64,000 bases of DNA from the NCBI GenBank assembly GCA_018398765.1, contig JAHBMJ010000432.1, forward strand, positions 62,001-126,000, read 5' to 3'. Every line of letters starts with the position of its first letter. Position 1 is the first letter of the stretch. Position numbers and translations under genes: made by a program. Shown piece by piece: positions 23,601 to 38,271 of this stretch. Source of the DNA: Chromera velia. Taxonomy: Eukaryota. The notes beneath the pieces were generated by a model that saw only the letters and a list, made by a program, of their open reading frames with translations, was not told the origin of the DNA and searched no databases.

Positions 23601-26600
23601 GCTGTCTTCACTCAAGTTCACTCGGACGAACAAACACGTCGGTCGGTCGATCAGCCCTCAAGCCGCCATTCAGAGAAGACAACAGGACTGAGGGCTTTCT
23701 CAACACGTACATCGTTCACTCAGACAAGACAGAGAAGTACAGACAGGCATACAGACAGACCGGGCTCAGCCAGGTGATCAAAAATGAACGAACAACTTGT
23801 TGTTAGAGCAGTAGGCACGAGTTCGCGTGAGAGGGGACAGACAAAGACAAAGAAGCAATGCGAACGAATACAAAACAGCTTTCACGAATGAATGCGATAA
23901 CGATTGAGTTACCCCTCACCTCTTTTCCCAACTGCTGTCTTTTGCTGCAAGTGTCTGTGTTTCCGTCTGCCTGCACAGTTGTTCGTCCGCTTTCCGCTCG
24001 ATCTCACGACTTATCTGTTCTCTCTCTGCCGTTCTGTCAGCTTCTCAGAGAGTCGCTTTGCTATCTTTTTGTCTGAGTGTTCGTGTCGGTGTGAGAGGGC
24101 GTGAGTGGTTGATTGATTGAGGGGCCGAGCTCCTCGCCCTCCCGTCATCAATCATTCATAACATCCATCCAAAAGGTGGTGACCCCTGATGATCTCTCAG
24201 AGGCAGGCCAGTGATTTTTCTTTCTTTCACGAGAACGGGTAGACAGACAAAAGCGCTCCAGCCAACCGTCAGAAGTGAAGAAACTAGGGGATAAAGCAAG
24301 CTTGAATGAAGAATCAATCCATGAAGCAATCATCCAATGGTCATCGTATGTCTCTCTCTCTCTCGCTCACTCTTCTCGACAAAAACTTTCAATGGACATG
24401 AAGCTCCTTCCTTCCTACGTCATCTTTGTTTCTTTCTTTCAAACGGTCCGACACCAGGTCTGTTCAGAATATGCAGTCGATCGAATGAATGAATGAACAA
24501 CCAAAAACTCAGCAGAAAGGAGGACATAGATGAAAGACCTCAAAGGTTAAAGGTTAAAGTCGAAGGGGAGCCAGTAACAGAGATACGACCGAAGAGAAAG
24601 AAAAGCAAAAAGTCCATCGTGAAGAGAACGAATGAGAACTCTTTGGAGCAGCAGATCACACCGGACTCAATTCAGTAGAGAAGGGGAAAACTCTTGTGTG
24701 ATCAAAGATATAGAACCAGACCGGACACTTCTGCCTGCAGACCGCTGTCTCAGCCGTCTGGAGGTGTCTTTAGCGTTCAAGTTTGCTCACTGTTCCCGTG
24801 AGTCTTCTGTGACTCTTGGCGTGAGTCGTTTCTTGTAGTGACACTCTCTTTGCGCCCGTATGCCTCTTTTTTTTCTCGAATATTCCGGTCGACCTTTTTC
24901 CTTTCTTTGCGTGCCTTGTTCAGCGATCAGCTGTCCGGACTCATATCGGAATCCTGTCTGTCAACTTCTTCTCTGCTCTTCCCACACCAAGACAAAGCCC
25001 TCTTTTTTGATATCTCTTCAGCAACTTTTCTTTTCTTTCTCTCCATCTGTCTGTATCCCCACAGCCGGCAAGGCCCTTCCGGAAACTGTACAAGGGGGGG
25101 GTTCGAACAGCGCCTCTGCGGAGAGGTAGAACAGAAAGCAGAGAAGAATGCAAGCAGGGAGAAAAAAGAAAGAGCAAGGAAGCAGACGACTGCCTTCATT
25201 CCTTCCTCTCCCTCTCACCCATGCGCCCGTTCTTTCTGTCCGTTCGCCTGTCTCACATAACGGCAACCTATCCGTTCCAGGAAAAGTACCTTCGCACTGC
25301 CAACATAAGGAATGCATCGATCAGTGCTCCAAAATGCGATTCTTACTTGCTGCTTTGCCGTTTGCAGACTGAGGGGGGGAGAATTCAGTCCACCACAGCA
25401 ACGAGCAGATTTTGGCCACAAACCAAGTGAGCCTGTCCCACGCCCTCACCCTTATGACCGTTCTGTCTCTCCCCGACTTTTCAACCCCACGAGACACGCC
25501 TCCTCTTTCTTTATTCTTTTCTCTTTTTTGCATCTACTCGCTCTCTCAGCGCACTTATTTGGTACTGTAGGAGGCAAATCGTGAGGCACACACAGACAGG
25601 TAAGTGGAGTGAAGAACCAGAAAGAGAAAACAGTTTTACTCGCTGAGCGATCTGCCGGCTGCCTTCAGCCCTCCCTGCCTCCCTTGAGTCACTCTCGCAA
25701 ACGCAAAGCAAGCGAGAGGGAGGCAGGTGGACGAGAGGTGACCAGAGTCAGACAGATGTCAGCAAGAGCAAGGGACTGCAGTCCATTCACGGCCAAATCG
25801 GACGAGACGTTCAAAGAAGACCAAAGACTGACGACGCACGCACCGTTGCGCAGAAGGGGTAGAGGAAGCAGAAAAGCAAAGCAAGTGCATGCAGATCAAC
25901 ACCTGCCTCCACCAAGCGATCCACGGGCTCACGTGTCGCGACGCTGCCGGTCAGTCAAATGTACCACTTGTGACAATGATTTTTTGTTTCTACTTTTTGC
26001 TCCACTAATGTGACCGCCAAGCCAAGCCTGGGCGTTACGAAAAAAACCAACGAAACAAGATTGGCGAAAGAAATGCGAAGTATCCCTTCCCGCCAACATC
26101 ATCATCCCACGATGCGCTTCCTGTCCCATGTCTCATTGTTGTGTTGCCCTGCCAGAGCTACATGCACGAAAGAAAGAAACCAAATTGACATTTCGGAAAG
26201 CCCAGTTCTACATTCAGTGTGTCCGTCCTTGTGTCTTCCTTTATGACCGTAATGTTTCGATCTCTCGCTATTCCTCTTTTACTTCTGCCTCAGAGCAATG
26301 GTCCGTTCGTATGTCTTTCTCTCTCTCTGTCGCGGTGATGTCTCTTTATTCAAACTGAAAAGGCACCGCCATCTTTTCCCTAGTTTCTCTTTCCCTCCCT
26401 TTCCCCCCAACCCCTTTGCTCTTGGACTTTCTCGGCCCGTCAGACAAGCAATTCAATCTGTCAATCAATCGATCAATCAATGAAACAATCAACGAAACTG
26501 TCAGTCGGTCGTGTGCCATTGTAGACGACACACAAACAGACACGGCACTTCAAATGAGTGAATTCTGTCGCCTCCTTCTTGCCTGAATGAATTCTTATTC

Positions 26601-29600
26601 TCCCTGCTTTTTTCTCATTTCTTTTCTCTTCACGTCTCTTCACAGAGAGAGAAAAAATGAAAGCTGTTCGTTCGTTTGCAAAGGCATCAGTCAATCCCTC
26701 AATCAACCCCTTGCCCCTCCCTTGACTCACTTTCCCTTCCAGAAATCAATCAATTGAGGAATAAAAGAAGTGCAAAGTTCCGGCGTTCAAAGTGCCGAGA
26801 CTGTCTGTCTGTCTATCAGACTCGTTGGACCCCTCACTTTCTTCCCTCCCTCACTTTTCTTTCCTCTTCTTCCTGACTCTTTCCTTTGTTTCTTTGTTTG
26901 TTTGTTTGATTATCCCTCCCTCCCTCGATCAGTCGATCGATCCAGGCCATCGATTGATGGGAAGGAAGTACGGGGATGGGAAGGGCGAGAAGTCGCTCCG
27001 TTCCTTCACGCATTGGTGGATGGATCGGATCTTCTTTCTTTCTGCCCTTCGTCTTTACCGCCGCCGACTTGGCCCTTCCTTCCTCGCTTCCTTCTTTCCT
27101 CCGGCCCCCTCTTCTATTCTAGTTCCTTTTTGACCTTCCTGTCAGGACGAACGGACCGACTCGAGGGGCCGGCCCCCCTCAGCGGACCGGCCTCTGTTCT
27201 CTTCGCTTCGCTTCTCAGAGAGAAACCTTGGCCGAAACAGTAAGAACTACTCAGGTGAGCAGGTGAGGAGGGGATAACAAGTCAGGGAGAATACAGTCAA
27301 CAGTCAGTACCCGACGGTTCTTGCAGAAAGAACGATCGCATTTATCGAGAAAGAAAGAACTAAAGAAACAAGAAAAGACCCTCAAGACACAACAAACAAG
27401 ACAAAGAGAGAGAGGAGCAAAGGGACATCATGCAGCACGATTGCTTGTTTCTTCCATTCAGTTCGGACAACGACAGGGAGAGAGAGAAAGCATGGCATGA
27501 TTTTGACACCCAGCCAGCGCAGCACCGTTCCTTTTTTTTTTCACGAAAGTTCGCACCCAACCCTCGAACTCCTCTGTGTGAAGTGTAAATGAACTGCGGC
27601 GAAGACTGTGTCTGCGTATCTAGTTGGTTTGAAGGGCGGCCTTTTTTTTTTCGCCCTTCAGCCGTACGTTCTTCCCTCAGCCGTACGCTAAACTCTTCCC
27701 TTACCCCCTTAGCATTTCTTCTTCTGTGGGGACCTTCCACTGATTTCAGCACCGTCCCTCGCTGACTCCGTTCTTTTTTTGTCACAGTTGCAGGTTGCCT
27801 TTCCTTTTTTCTTTGATTCTCCTGTTGTTCTTTCACTGATTTCGCGATTCGAGAAGAAAGGGAGCAAGGTGTGTCAATCGATAACTTCGCTCGCGTCCCT
27901 ACTTACTGGCTACCTGTCTTTTCATCCGATTTTCTCTCTTGCTTTCCTCCCTTCTCTTCTTTGTGGTTGGGCTGCCTTTCGCAAGAGAACGCCGCTCTCT
28001 CTGTCAGAAACAATCATGTGCAGGAAAGAGGAAAGAAAGAATGCGAAGCCACAGAGACACCCACCCTCATACCCATCCACAAACACACATAAACACAATA
28101 AAGCTGTTGAGGAAGTCAGGCTGAGCAACGAGCGATGACTGCAAGAGAGAAAAGACAAGCAACGAACTCACCCGGCCCACCCAAACGCAATCAAAGACCA
28201 AAGTTGGTGAGCCGATGAGGGAGGAAGAACACACAAGAAGCTAGAAAAACAAATAAAACAAATGCAAGAAAAGTAACGAACAAAAGAAGGAAAAGCAAAG
28301 AAAGAAATAAAACCGGGCCTACGATTAGATAACAATTAAAAATCACCCACCAACCTCTGTGAAGGAGCCACTTCCCTCGGCTGACCGCCGGACTTTTTTG
28401 AGAAGAGTCTAATAAAAAAACGAAGAGAGAGAAAGAGAATGCAGCGATTGTTACACCGGATCATCGTCTGATTGAATAAAGAAGTCTAAAAGCGAGAGCA
28501 GCAGATCAAAGGGCATCATAGGGAATCCCCACAGAGTCCGACAAACAGACAGACCAAGACGGTCCGTTGGTCGGTCAGTAAATTTGGTCTAATTGTCTAA
28601 GCGTCGCTGAATCGGCATACGCGGGTCAAAGAGAATGATACGAAGCAAAGAGAATGCTTGCTCGAGTTTTCTCTTTTCGCCCGCGCGATTTTACCCACAG
28701 CAACAGCTACAGCAACAGAGAGAAAGAAACAAGGGAGAAGAGAAGAAGGGAGGGGGGGAAGGGAGGTAGGGCAGGGAGAACGGGGCACCAGACCAATTCT
28801 TTCTCTTGACCACCCTTCACGTGTGCTTTTTCCTTTGTCTCTGTCTATTTGTGGCGTTACAGGAGCAAAAGCGCCTCCCCTGGTGAACACCTCTGTTCGT
28901 GTCTGTCCACTCAGTTCACTTCGCCTCCCGAGTCCGTCTTGGCCCATTTGATTTAATGAGAAGCGCAGGAAGAGCTCAGATTGTTTCGTGCTCCAGAAAG
29001 AAAGAAGAGAAACAAAGAGGAATACGAAGAGGAAAAAGAAGAGAAAGTTTTCAGAGAGACTCCAGGCAAAGGGGAGACCCCCATCGAAATCCCACAAAAA
29101 GAAAGAGAGAGAGAAGAACGAAACGACCAGACAGAGCTCTTCCGACCACAGGGACAGACAAACGGGAGGAAGGAAGGAAAAGAGAGGACGATCCTCTGGC
29201 AAAGACAAGAAGCAGCGAAAGCCGGGCAAGGAAGCCGTGGTTGGTTGGAAAGAAAGAAAAAAAAAGGGAAAGAAAAAGACAGGTCTGAATTGCCCGCTTT
29301 CCGCACGGTTCGCCTCAACCTCCAGACAGAAAGGCGAACGAGGGAAGTTGGTGTGATGTACAAGTGGTTGAGAGGGGAGATAGTAAAAGTGGCCGTTGAC
29401 ACTTCACCTTTTCATATTTATTCGTGATTCTGCTTGCTGTTCTTTGCTCTGTCGCTTGCGCTGTCTCTATTCAGACAGTCACACAGCCCTCTTTTTACCT
29501 TGCCGCTTCAAACTTCTGCTTCGTGGGTCGAATGAAGAAAGGATTCGCAGGCCACAAGCGACCTGCGCAGTCTTTCTGTCATGACGGCACCGGGCGAAAC

Positions 29601-32600
29601 GACGGTTTTTGTTCTACATCTGCCTTTCCTTCCTTGAGTGGCTCGCGCCACTTCACCGAAGTCCCCTTTCTTTCAAGTCCTTAAACCTCTTTCAGGCTCT
29701 TCTCCCTTCTTCCTCTTCCCGGGAGAAGGATGGAAGAAAGGTCAAAAGGAGACCTGAGTGTCTCACTTAAAAGTCTCCAGCTTGCCTTCACCGTCCCGAA
29801 ATCGGAAAGTCTCCCGACCGGACAGCGAAGGATTGGAAACAAGACAGGAAGTGTGAGACGGAAAATTGCTTGTGGACCTGTGTGAGGAGGATAGAGGCAA
29901 AGTGGGTAGAAGCACAGGAAAAAAGGAGAGAAGTTCGTTCGTTTTCTCCTCTCTTTTCCTCGCCCTTCTTTTCCTTTTCGTTTCTCATCCAAAGCATTGA
30001 GGAAAGAACTCGCCTGACGCTTACACGGTCATGACCAGGGTACGCTCTTTCAGGAGAAGGGAAGAAAACGGAGAAGGGAAGAGTTGCTTTTTGTCTATGA
30101 TTGCAGACAGACCACAACCACAAAGCTTTACTCTCCCGCCCTTCCGTCTTCCTCCGGACCCACCCGTCTCACAGCACAATCCCTCTTATTTGTGATTCTG
30201 TTTGTCAGTGATGGAGTGAAAGTGTGTGTGTTTTCTTACGAGTGAGCGAGTTTTTTGTTCTAGTATGGCTGGTTGTGTGTATCTCTTCCTTCTACATTGA
30301 GACAGAAAGAGACTTGCAAAGACAGAGCAAGAGCAGCAATAAAAAAGTCACGCTCAGTGAAGTAGTCCCCACGGCTCTTTCAGGCAGGTAGCTCAGGTGA
30401 ATGGAATGAAGCGATATATCACTCACTGCATGCATCCGCCAAACATTCTGTCGAGGCACTCACCACCACTGCCGTCCCCCCTCCTTCCTCTCTCTCTTTC
30501 AGTGACACCATAATTGTGTTGGTCGGTGGAGCCTTGCTCTTGCGATTAAACAGAATCTGAAACGATTCCGTCTGCAACTCCGTCAGCTCTCTGCTCTTCA
30601 GTCCGCCTCACTTTCTCTTGCCTTGGCTTTTGCTGCCGTGCGCATCCTTGAGCACAAGAATGCATTGGCGAAAAGAGAAAGGATGAGGCGAAAAGAACAG
30701 AACATAGCGGACGGCAGGACCCCATGCAAAAAGAGAGAGAGAGGAGGCACCCTCCGTGCATGCATGCACAGAAACAAAATGAGACGAAAAACGCCAGCCA
30801 GCAGTCAGACCCTTGTTCTTGAGTCTTTGAAAGGCTCACAAAGCGGAAGGATCCATTCGAATATTTTTTTCTTCTCTTTACGTCTCTCGAATTCATTTTT
30901 GAAGTCTCTGCAGAGGAAGGGACAGGTACAGTGAGTCGGGAGAAAGGGAAAATTTTAGCCTCCGGCCAGATGAAGACGAAGCAGCGTTAGTGAGTGAGGA
31001 CGGGGAGGGGGAGGAGGCACGGGCAGGCAGCCTGTCTAGTCCATCCGTCTCGTCTCGCTGGATCGATCAGTCGCGACGGATTTTCTTCTCTGGGCAGCAG
31101 GACCAAACAAACGCCAACCGTGCTCGGAAGAGAGACGAGAGAAGAGAAGGAAAGGAATGGGAAGGCAAAGAAAGGAAGGGCGAGAACGGGAAGAGATAGA
31201 GAGACGAACTCTCTCACGACAGGCATCCAGACATCGAGTACGGACAGGCAGAGTTTAGTGGGATGAGGGACAGACAACCAGTTGCCCCTTCCCCTTCTCG
31301 CCTTTTTCTTTTCAAAAAATAACGTCCTCGATTCAGTCAGTCCTCAACGTCGATGCGCGTGTCCGAATCTCCCTACCTGCCCGCCTGTTCCTTTTCATGA
31401 TGTACACAAAAAAGGTCTAATAGGTCGTCCATTGAATTTCGGGTCTAATGATCATCCATTGAAGGGCATTCATGAAGACAGCCGAGTTGCAGCAGAAAAG
31501 CATCCATCGAGAGAAAAAAGGGTAATGGGGGTCAGTCATCTCTCTCAAGAGACGAAGAAATGAAGGGTCCCGAACAGCACAGCATTGGGACCCAAACGCG
31601 AGAGAGAGAACACGCTGTCCGTCCAACCTTCTCTCTGTTCGTTTGAGGGAAAGCAGGAGGGAAGGAAGGAAGGAAGAAGCGACCTCTTGCAGGTAGGGGC
31701 CCGTTGTTGTGTTGTTTTGAGAGGGAAACAATTAGCTGGCCTTTCTCGCTTGGTGAAAAGGAGTCTTGTCTAAATTCGTTGGTTGCTTGGTTGGTTTCTT
31801 TCACCCAGCGGAACGAGAGAAGGTCTGTCTTCCTTCTTCTCCCCCTCTTTCCTTTCTTCCCCCTCGGTCTCTCGGCCAGCTTGATTCTGTCTGCACCAGC
31901 TTAAATAAGGACACGAGTCTAAGTGGATGATTCGTTGGTCACACATGCAAGCATCAATTTAACGACGTCTCACACGCGTTCAGCAACAGTGCGAAAGTAA
32001 ACAAGGTCAGTAGCGCAAGAGAGAAAAAGACAGAAAAAGAAAAGAACGGCGATCCACACACCAACAGCAAAAAGAAGTGGCAGAAAAAAAAAGAGGGTGG
32101 GCAGTCAACTGGGGTGCTACGCATGAAGGGGCAGAGAGGGGGGGGACGCCGTTCAAACTGGGCCCGACATGGCTCCACTTTTTTGGCCTTTTCTCCTCTT
32201 CCTTCACACCCCTTCTTGCTTTGCCCCCTGACTTCTCTCCGGTCTTCCCTTCACTACCTCCGCTGTCTGCCTTCTTCTCTCTCTCTTTCTCTCCCTCTTT
32301 TCAGTCGGAATAAACTTGGCTAGCTCATCTTCCCCGTCTTGCCTTCACTGTCCCTCTCCTGGCTGTATGCCGAGGGACAACACACTACTTTCTCTTCCGT
32401 CAAAAAAAAAAAAGAAAAAACAAAACATACAAATGAAGAAAAAAGAGGAACAGAAATAAACGCTCCCCTCTCCTCTTCCTCACGAGCTCGAGGGGATCAG
32501 GCAAAAAGAAAGATCACGTCCGACAAGTTGCAGAATGGAGACAAACAGCAGGGAAAGTGCTGTTAGTTAACATGAAGGTTTTCTTATTACCGGTGCGCAA

Positions 32601-35600
32601 CTCTTGCATTTCCTTTCCTTCTGATCGATCGATCGCCCCATTTTTTTTCTTTCAATGATTGAGATGAAGAAAAAAGCGCGTCCCGGGTCAAGATATTGAA
32701 AAAAGTTCGATGGAGGATCACTGACGTGACAGAGGAGGAGTGGAAGCAGAGAGACATGAGGAAAGAAAGACAGAGAGGAGGAGAAAAGGGAAACATGTCC
32801 TTCTGTCCTAGCTTCTCTCCCTCTCCCCGTCTCCCAACCACCCCGTCTGTGTCGAGTCTGGTCTCCCTCTCGACGTTTCTCTTCGGATCGGCTTGCTTTC
32901 ACTCCTCTTTTTTCCCCTTTCTTCCTCTTCATTGCTTTGTGTTCTCTCCTCTTGTCAGTCAGTCAGTCAGTCAGTCAGTCAGTCACCCATCCATTTCCTT
33001 CCTTGCTTCTCTCGCTCAACAGAACGGCTTCAGCCATCTCAACTTCACCAATCAGTCTGTAGGGCGTCCAGTCACTCTCTCTCCCTCTCTCTCTCTCTTC
33101 TCTCCCTCTCTCTATCCCCATACCATGTTAAGAACAATACAGTCGGAGCAGAGCCAAAATTGTATTTACAGATGGCTGGGCCGATAGATAAAGATTCAAC
33201 ATGGAAAGAATGAAGAGCAAATCCGCAAGAAGCGCATGAACGAACGAACCAACGAACGAACGAATGGAAAGAAGAAAGAGGAGCAACAAAGAGAGAAAGA
33301 AGGACTGAACCAATCGAGGATCCACCCATCCATCCAATTATCGTTCGTACAGAAATGAAGAAAGATTGCATACACACAGACCAAGACACATACTCAGCCA
33401 GACAGTCTTGCTTTCATTTCTCTCCCTTTCCTGGACACGTCGCGGCTCTCCGTCAGTGTGGGTATAAAGAAAGCACACTACCAAGCCGGATTGATTATGC
33501 CTTGACGAGCCCAGGCTGGTCTAAAAGAAATTGCTCTCCCCAATCAATACAAAGCAGTAAGCAGTCTTTCCTTCCTCCACTGTGCATAGATGAAAGAAAG
33601 CATAAGGCAGTAAAATGCTATAAGACAAAGAAAGGAGTAGAACAGAAGAAAGGGGAGATCGCAACGGAACGCAACGGAAACCAAAGCAAATTCACCAAAC
33701 ACCCTCGATCGATCTTTGCAGCTAGTCCTCACAGTTGAGAGTGCTACCTTGAAGGTTCACTGGAGGGGAAGGAAAGGAATGCAGGCGCGACACAGGCGCC
33801 ACCATGTCCTTCTTCTCTCTTTCCTTTCTTTTGATCAGAGAGGGAAGAAAGGACACTTGACGAATTTTGTGCTTGCACATAAACAAAAACTGAAAGAGCA
33901 CTGGGCAGGAAGGAAGGCGCACACACAAATCACGAACAAACAAACAAACCAAACTGACAGGAAGGAGACAAGGCCGGGGGAAAAGCGGGTCGGGTCCTTG
34001 GAAAGCAAACCCGCAAGACCTACCGTCCTTTGATAAACATGCACAAGAGAGGGGGGAAGGAAAGGAAGGATGGTTTGATAGAAAGAAGAGAAGCACGGCA
34101 CTTGATGAAGGCATCATTCATGAAAGACATTCGAAGACAAGGACGGAGCAATGGAGAGAGAGTGACACTGAGAAGAAGCAAACACTCAAGAATAAATGCA
34201 GGCGGGAGGGACACGACCACACCGGTACATTCTGTTCATTCATCCATCCCTCCACGCTCCAGCGACAGCAGCATGAGTGTACACACACTTTCTTTCAACG
34301 GCTGTTGGTGTCGGGCTGAGCATGCAAGCAGCAGCTTTAGCAACAAGTCCTTCGATTAAAGCGAAAATGAAGGAAGGTAAGAGGGGAGGAAAGGATGGAA
34401 GTGAAGAAGCCGGTTCGGACGAAGACAAGGAGAGAGAGATACGAAGGTCTCCTTCTAAACTCACCACATGTATCCATGCATGCATCTTGGAAGACAGCAG
34501 GGAAGGAAAGGACAGGCAGAATGCATCCAGACAGGCAGTCAAAAAAAGACACACTTTCCATTCATTCATTTGGACAGACACAGACAGACAGACAGACAGA
34601 CAGACAGGAGACAAAATCCCGTGTCTCCTTTCTGAGAGGATCACAGCCAGCCCAGCGGTATTTCTTGCTTGCCGTCTAAGGGGGCGACACACATTATGAA
34701 TGAATGGAGAAAGAGGTAGGTAAACAGTCATTGATTGATTGTTATGCGGGTACGAGAGGGAGGAAGAAGGAACACACATCAACAAAAGAATGAGACAGAA
34801 GAGGGGGGGGAGAAAGAGAAACCGCCGTTTTTTTGTCTGCCTGCATACAATTCGTTCGAACACCCACCCACCCAAGCATTTTTTCACCTCTGCCGTTCTT
34901 TATTCACCCATCCACCCAGCGGATCCGTTCAACTGTCCATCGCATCAGTCGATTTTCATTCATTTATCAGTATGACGACTTTAAACCTCACTTTCAGTCA
35001 GGAGACAGACCTCCCTCCTCGTCTCTTTCTCCTCCTCGGTCCCTTCCGGCTGGTCCGGCTGCCGGGATTCCGGAACCTTTCCTTCCTTTTCTCCTTCCTT
35101 CCTTCCGACTTCGCTTGCGTACTTGAGGGGGGAGGGCAGTCTTCTGTCCTTTCTGCCGCTGCCTTCCTTTCAATTTAGTACCTTACAGAGAGACCAGACA
35201 AACAGCGCAGGCTCTTTTTTCCGTTGGCTTCACTTTAACAAGCCACGAGGAGAAAAGAGAAGAAACACAGCCATCCATCCATCCATCCATCCATCCATCA
35301 CCCAAAAGCTGAAGAGGCAGTAGAAAGAAAGAAAGCAACCCCCCCACCCTGGTGGAAGGAAGGAACCCGTTCGTCTGTCTGTCACATGGAGGAAAGAAAG
35401 GAAGAAGGAAGGAAGACTTGTTTGTTGACTGAGTTACGAGCACACAGGCAGGTGGAGTGGTTAAGTGAGTGAACTCCGCAAGTAACGATAAGTGATACCC
35501 TCTCGTGCCAGCCCGGTCAGTGTTCAATCGAAATTAATCAATCATAGAGCAACAAGGAAAGTAACAAGGGAATAAAAAAAAGCATTGACGCTTTCCTCCT

Positions 35601-38271
35601 ACCACCTTTTCTTCTCTTCTCCCGTCTCGTCTCCCCCACTCCTCTCTTTTCTCTTTCATCCTTCTTCCCTTCCGCCCTACTGTTCCATCCGTCCGCAACG
35701 ACTGAATGAATTGGATGGAACTCTGCCTGACGGCTGTGCGGATCATCTGCACTCTGAACTGAGTGACAGACTTTGACAGCGACCTCTCCCTTCTTGCGGG
35801 TGCCTTTCTGAAAATCTCGGGTTTCAAATGCGTGACCCAATGCTTTCTTCTCTGTATCCCCCCGTTTGCGTGTCTTCTAGTCAGAAGAATGCAGCCCATT
35901 CCTTTTGAAGGGCGCGCACTTGGAGGGTTTTCCTTTCTGCTTTTCACTTTGACGTTTTCGTCATTCTTTTCCAAAGGGGGAGACAGACGCGGGAAGCCGC
36001 CACACGCAGGCACTCTAGGCGTCCAAACGATCCATCCAACGGTGTCAAACAAACATACTTGTCTGACATGTCGATCGACTGTAAGGCAAAACGAGCCAAG
36101 AAAGGAAGAAGAAAGAAAGGAACGACGACAGATCTCCTCTTTTCCTGCCATCCACCCAACCGCCCACTCCTTCTTGCTTCGTGCCAACACATCTATCGAA
36201 ACGTCCCGTCAGAGAAGATGAACCCAGCCAGCGAGGGGTATTTTTGCGTGTATGGACGGACCATTTTCTTCTCCTCTCCTCTCTGTGAATCTTCTTCTTT
36301 ATGAATCCATTTCTCCCTTTTTCACTGCCATCCTCTCCTTTTTTCAAGGGAAAGAAAGAGATCGAGAAGAAAAGTAAAGGAGCTTTCTCAAGGACCGAGA
36401 GAAGGTTTTTCTTCTTCCTTCCCTTTCCTGTCCACCCCCCTCAGCCCTCACGAAAGCAAACTAACGTTTTCAATTCAATCGGACAATGAAAAGGTTCTCC
36501 CCCCCGTCCCATACCCCAAAACGCACACTCCCTTCTTTCCCGGGTGGAAGGGGGAAAGGCAGCAGCAGAGAAAAGAGAAAGACCGAAAGAAGAGCAAGGG
36601 GGCGAGGGGGGAGCCGCTCTCTTTTTGCCTGAAAAGGAGGGAAGGAGGTTTGAAGGATAAACGAAAAGCACACCCGACACCCTTGGCCAAGAGGCAAAAG
36701 AGGAAAGGAAGGAAAGCAACCAGGGGGCTGAAGGAGGCCAAATATCGATAACTACATCACCAGAAGACGTGAAACGGCGTGGACAACAAGACTCACGCCT
36801 CTTTCAGAGAAAGAAACGAGTGAGGGGGAAAGCCAGGAAGGAAAGAGGGGGAGAAGCCAGGACGTCGATCTTGCACTGAAGGAAGGACAGGAGGAAGGAA
36901 GGAAGGAGACAGAGGCACAACCTTCAATTGCACGAACGACATTGACGGATAGAAGTAAAGGAAGCAGAATGAGCAATCTTCTGTCACTGTCAGTCAATCA
37001 TTCGGGAGTGTAGATAGATGGGTTTTACCTGTCCTCTCCATCCATCCATCCATCCATACAGCTTTCCCGATATTCCTACCCACCAGGGCGAGAGAGAGAG
37101 AGAGAGGAAGAAAGAGAAGAGTGCAAACCCTCCCTGGCAGGCTGGTGGGGACTGACTGACTTCTTTCAATATATTCGGTTGATTTTTCTTTTCATGTCTG
37201 TTTGCTCTGTTGAGGAATTTGACCAGTCAATCAATCACTTTTTGGCAGCGAAAAAAACGGACAGTAAGAACAGACCACATGATGATGTCAAGTGGACGGT
37301 CGGACGGACGGACGATTGAGGGAGGTTGTTTGAAGGAGAGGGGGCCAGAGAAAGAAAAAGAAAGAGGAGACGAAAAAGGAGGAGAAGGAAATGAATGACT
37401 CCGGGACAGAATAGATGAGGGGGGAACAGCTGAGGCAGAGAGAGAGGGAGGGGGAAAGAGAAAGGAAACACATTAACGAGGATCCACGACAAGGGGCATC
37501 TTAAGGAGGGATGACAGACACGAGACAAAAGCAGAAAACGCGAGCGAGAGAAGGGGGGGGTGGGAAGGGCTCATGAGAGCGACTCCCAGGACGAGAAACA
37601 CGAGAGACAGAATGAGAAAAAGTTGCCCAACCTTACAGTCTCCTTCTTCTTTCTCCGCCCTTTTACCCTCCCCCAACACTCTCCTTTCACTCACGCAGAC
37701 AGAAAGAAGGAAAGCTCTTTCTTTCTTTCTTCCTTTCGACCGATACTTTTCTTTTTTTGTTCCCTACCCACCCAAGCTGAAGCAGTCAGTCTCGTTTTCT
37801 TCTGTCTGTCCCCGACCTCGAACGCCCAAGCGTTACGGCATCTGTACACCTTGTCGCTTTCTGACGCTGCAGCTTTCTGGATTTACTCTTATTGTGTTGT
37901 ATTTTTCTCATTTTACTCCCACTGGCTTGCTAGCAAATTCATTTTTTCCTTCTGTCGGTCTTGCTTGTTTTCCCCCACTTCTCACTTCAGGACGTTCCCT
38001 CTTTCGTTCCTGAGCAGTGTTTTTTCATTTCACGGCCTAGCAAACAAAGAAACACAGACACAAGATGATCAGGTAAAGTAAACACAGACAAGACAGCAAC
38101 GAAACTGTGTTTCTTCTTTCGTTAGCACTTTCTGACGGTCGGTTTGAAACAAATTCGATGGATCAACGTTTTCGGGTTTCTTCCACGATTCCTCCTTTAC
38201 TGCCTGCCTGCCTGCCTGATTGTTGCATTCTTTCTGTCTTTGCCTCGTTTTTCTCGCTTTGATGCGCCTTT

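Noticed and set aside
25085..25135. GGTTCGAA as a tRNA T-loop/B-box
   Set aside because: No cloverleaf, A-box or acceptor stem can be formed.
18790..38270. Numerous 60-220 aa ORFs in the track
   Set aside because: They are low-complexity F/S/L or K/R/E translations of microsatellite-like DNA, with no domain signatures or consistent splice structure.
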